From: an uncultured Chloroflexia bacterium
Lineage (GTDB): Bacteria; Chloroflexota; Limnocylindria; Limnocylindrales; CSP1-4
DNA length: 64,000 bases
Direction of reading: 5' to 3'
Assembly (NCBI GenBank): GCA_963748625.1
Contig: CAVVJT010000007.1
Span: forward strand, 544,001-608,000
Below the pieces are notes generated by a model. The model was given only the letters and a program-made list of their open reading frames with translations. It was not told the origin of the DNA and ran no database searches. The number at the start of each line of letters is the position of its first letter. Position 1 is the first letter of the stretch. The position numbers and the translations under genes were made by a program. Of the stretch, positions 59,753 through 64,000 are shown piece after piece.

Positions 59753-59863
59753 GGCCCACGTGGGGGGCGAATCCGCGCGACTCACGCACGGACTGGGGGC
59801 GAAACCCCGACTTCCGTGCGCGGTCCACGCTCAACAGTCGCCGCAACGGCCCACACGTGGGGC
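59753..59863 (+). repeat. 111-bp palindromic intergenic element (family A, copy 4)
   Basis: GGCCCAcgtgGGGGGC .. GGCCCAcacgTGGGGC; shares GGGGCGAATCCG, CACGCACG, CGAAACCC, CCACGCTCA with copy 3. Confidence 0.85.
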
Positions 59864-59901
59864 AAGACGCTGGTGGCCGGCCGGCGTGGGCGAGGGCGCG
59901 G

Positions 59902-60506
59902 TCAGACGAGATCGGCGGGGGTGTCGATGTCACGCAGGGTGGCGGCGCCCGGATCGAGCGCGCGCCAGACGGGCTCGGGCACGGCGGCGGACGGGGCCGC
60001 GGCAAGCATGGCGCGCAGGCTGCGCTTCCCAAGGCCGCCGAGGATCGCGGTGCAGGCGGCGAGGACGGGTCCGACCCGCACGGCCATCGGCAGGATCGAG
60101 GGGGGATCGGCGTCGAGCGTCGCCGTGGCGAGCGCGGGGTCGGCGTCGAGCGTGGCCGCCAGCAACCCCAGGACGCCCGGCACCAGTGACGGCATATCCC
60201 CTCCGATGACGAGGGCGATCTCCGCATCGGGAGCGGCAGAGCGGAGCGCGGCCAGGCCGGCGGCAAGCCCGACGAGCGGGCCACCGAACGGCTCCGGGTC
60301 CCGGGCGATGACGAGCGGCCGCGCGCCGTCACCGGCCCAGTCCGGCACCGGGGCATCGGGTGCCAGCACGAGCACCACCGGCGAGGCGGTCGCCGCGACG
60401 GCTGCGACCGTGTGCGCGAGGACCGGACGGCCGCCAAGGTCCGCCGCAAGCTTGTCGGACCCGAAGCGGGACGACGACCCGCCGGCGAGGACGATCCCCG
60501 CGGGCC

Positions 60507-60510
<4 letters not shown>
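59902..60510 (-). CDS. mobA: Molybdenum cofactor guanylyltransferase
   Basis: IVLAGGSSSRFGSDK, GGPLVGL, GGDMP, DIDTP.DL. Confidence 0.88.
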
Positions 60511-62402
<1,892 letters not shown>

Positions 62403-62424
62403 GCGCTCACCGATGCTGACATGC

Positions 62425-63816
62425 TCACCCGCGCCGTGCGACCTCTGCCAGGCGGCGCACGAGCACCGCGTCATCGATCCGTGCCACCGTCCGAAGGTCC
62501 ACCACCAGCTCGCCGTCCTCCACCCGAGCGAGCACCCGATCCGGGCTCTTGCGCAAGCGCGCGGCCGCCGTCGTCGCGTTCGCCACCGTCACCGCCACCC
62601 CGGCCGAGCGCAGTACCTGGCCCGGCAGCGAGCCGCCGCCGACGGGCGAGGCCAGGTCCACCACGCGCACCGCGCCGTCTGCGTCCGGCCGGGCCATCAC
62701 GACCGCGGCAACGATCGCCACCGCCCGCTCCCGCAGCTCGTCGGGAGTCCGCGCGATCGTCCGCCAGACCGGGATGTCCCGCACGGCGCGCCCGGCGCGA
62801 TACAGCCCGAGCGTCGCTGCGACCCCGGCGAGGATCGCCTTGTCGGGGCGGACCGCCCGCGCCAGCGGGTCACGCCGCATCCGCGTCACGAGGTCCCGCC
62901 GGCCCACGATCAGCCCAGCCTGAGGCCCGCCGACCAGCTTGTCGCCGCTGAACAGCACGATGTCGGCGCCCGCCGCCAGGCGCTCGGACGGCGTCGGCTC
63001 GTGGGCCAGGCCGAAGGCGGCCGTGTCGAGCAGTGCACCTGACCCCAGGTCGTCAATCACGAGGGCCCCGTGCGCCCGGGCCACCTCCGCAACGGAGGCG
63101 AGGTCCGCGCTCTCGGTGAACCCGGTCATCGCGAAGTTGGACGGGTGAACCCGCAGCACGGCGGCCGCCCGCCCGTCGGCCAGCGCCGCCTCGAAGTCCG
63201 CCGGGCGCGTCCGATTCGTCGTGCCCACCTCCACCAGGCGCGCACCCGCCCGGGCGACCATGTCGGGGATCCGCACGCCGCCGCCGATCTCCACCAGCTC
63301 GCCGCGTGAGACGGCGATCCCGGCACGGCGCCCGACCAGCCCGCAGGCCAGCAGCAGGGCGGCCGCGTTGTTCGTCACCACCAGGGCATCCTCGGCGCCG
63401 GTGAGGGCGACCAGGTGCTCCTCCGCGGCGCGGAAGCGGGCGCCGCGCCTGCCGGAGACCTCGTCCAGCTCCAGGTAGCCGTACTCGGCTGCGGCCCCCA
63501 ACGCAGCCAGGCGGGCCGCCCGCGGCCATGGGGCACGGCCGAGGTTGGTGTGCAGGACCACGCCCGTCGCGTTCACGACGTGCGGCGGCAGCGAGCCTGC
63601 GGGATCTGCGAACCCGTCAAGCCGCGCAACCACCGCGTCCGCGAGCTCATCGGCCACAAGCGCCGGCATCCCGGCGGCCAGGCGCTCGCGCTCCGCATCC
63701 ACCACGGCCCGGGCCGCCGCCGTGAGGGCGCCGGGCTCCGAGGCCTCGACCTCGCGCCGGACGAGCGCCAAGACGGCCTCGACGCTGGGTGGGTGGGGGC
63801 GGGCCTGCTGGTTCAT
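62425..63816 (-). CDS. selA: L-seryl-tRNA(Sec) selenium transferase
   Basis: [51 protein letters not shown]. Confidence 0.96.
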   Translation of the reverse strand: MNQQARPHPPSVEAVLALVRREVEASEPGALTAAARAVVDAERERLAAGMPALVADELADAVVARLDGFADPAGSLPPHVVNATGVVLHTNLGRAPWPRAARLAALGAAAEYGYLELDEVSGRRGARFRAAEEHLVALTGAEDALVVTNNAAALLLACGLVGRRAGIAVSRGELVEIGGGVRIPDMVARAGARLVEVGTTNRTRPADFEAALADGRAAAVLRVHPSNFAMTGFTESADLASVAEVARAHGALVIDDLGSGALLDTAAFGLAHEPTPSERLAAGADIVLFSGDKLVGGPQAGLIVGRRDLVTRMRRDPLARAVRPDKAILAGVAATLGLYRAGRAVRDIPVWRTIARTPDELRERAVAIVAAVVMARPDADGAVRVVDLASPVGGGSLPGQVLRSAGVAVTVANATTAAARLRKSPDRVLARVEDGELVVDLRTVARIDDAVLVRRLAEVARRG

Positions 63817-64000
63817 GCCCGCAGCGTACAGGCGGGCCGACGCGGATGGCACGCCTGCCGGGACGACCCCTTGCCGCGGGCGCTCATGGCGGGGAGGCTC
63901 TTGGCACCCCTTTCGAGGGGCATTCCGGCACGTCGTCCCTCGCGCCCGTCCTGCCAATGTGGCGGGCACATCTGGCGGTTCCAAACGTCCGCGGCTCCAC

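Overview
High-GC bacterial chromosomal window. Gene style suggests Chloroflexota, possibly Limnocylindria-like (inference only: CxxC-x17-CxxC zinc-ribbon gene, ECF sigma plus beta-propeller anti-sigma pairs, many apparently leaderless genes). Most content is housekeeping or ordinary accessory: psuG with a PfkB kinase, tkt-rpiB, gnd-zwf-opcA-pgl, citrate synthase, CorA, LCP, photolyase, SsuABC-like ABC transporter with an Rrf2 regulator, Mre11/SbcD-like nuclease plus SMC-like ATPase, selA-selB-mobA, two ECF/anti-sigma pairs, a GT4-GH-GH130 cluster, a VapBC module and a Tm-1-like gene pair. I recognised no tRNA, rRNA, CRISPR array, integrase or transposase. The most unusual signal is non-coding. 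The larger intergenic spaces hold at least four families of near-constant-length palindromic elements: 111 bp x4, 150 bp x2, 157-158 bp x2 and ~177-180 bp x3, plus singletons. Copies keep length, terminal inverted repeats and short internal motifs while the rest diverges, and several abut short tandem duplications. They look like REPIN/MITE-like or structured-RNA elements, with no autonomous partner visible here. Genes between ~43.8 and 53.4 kb carry many single-base frameshifts, most likely assembly errors. All alignments and coordinates were done by eye.
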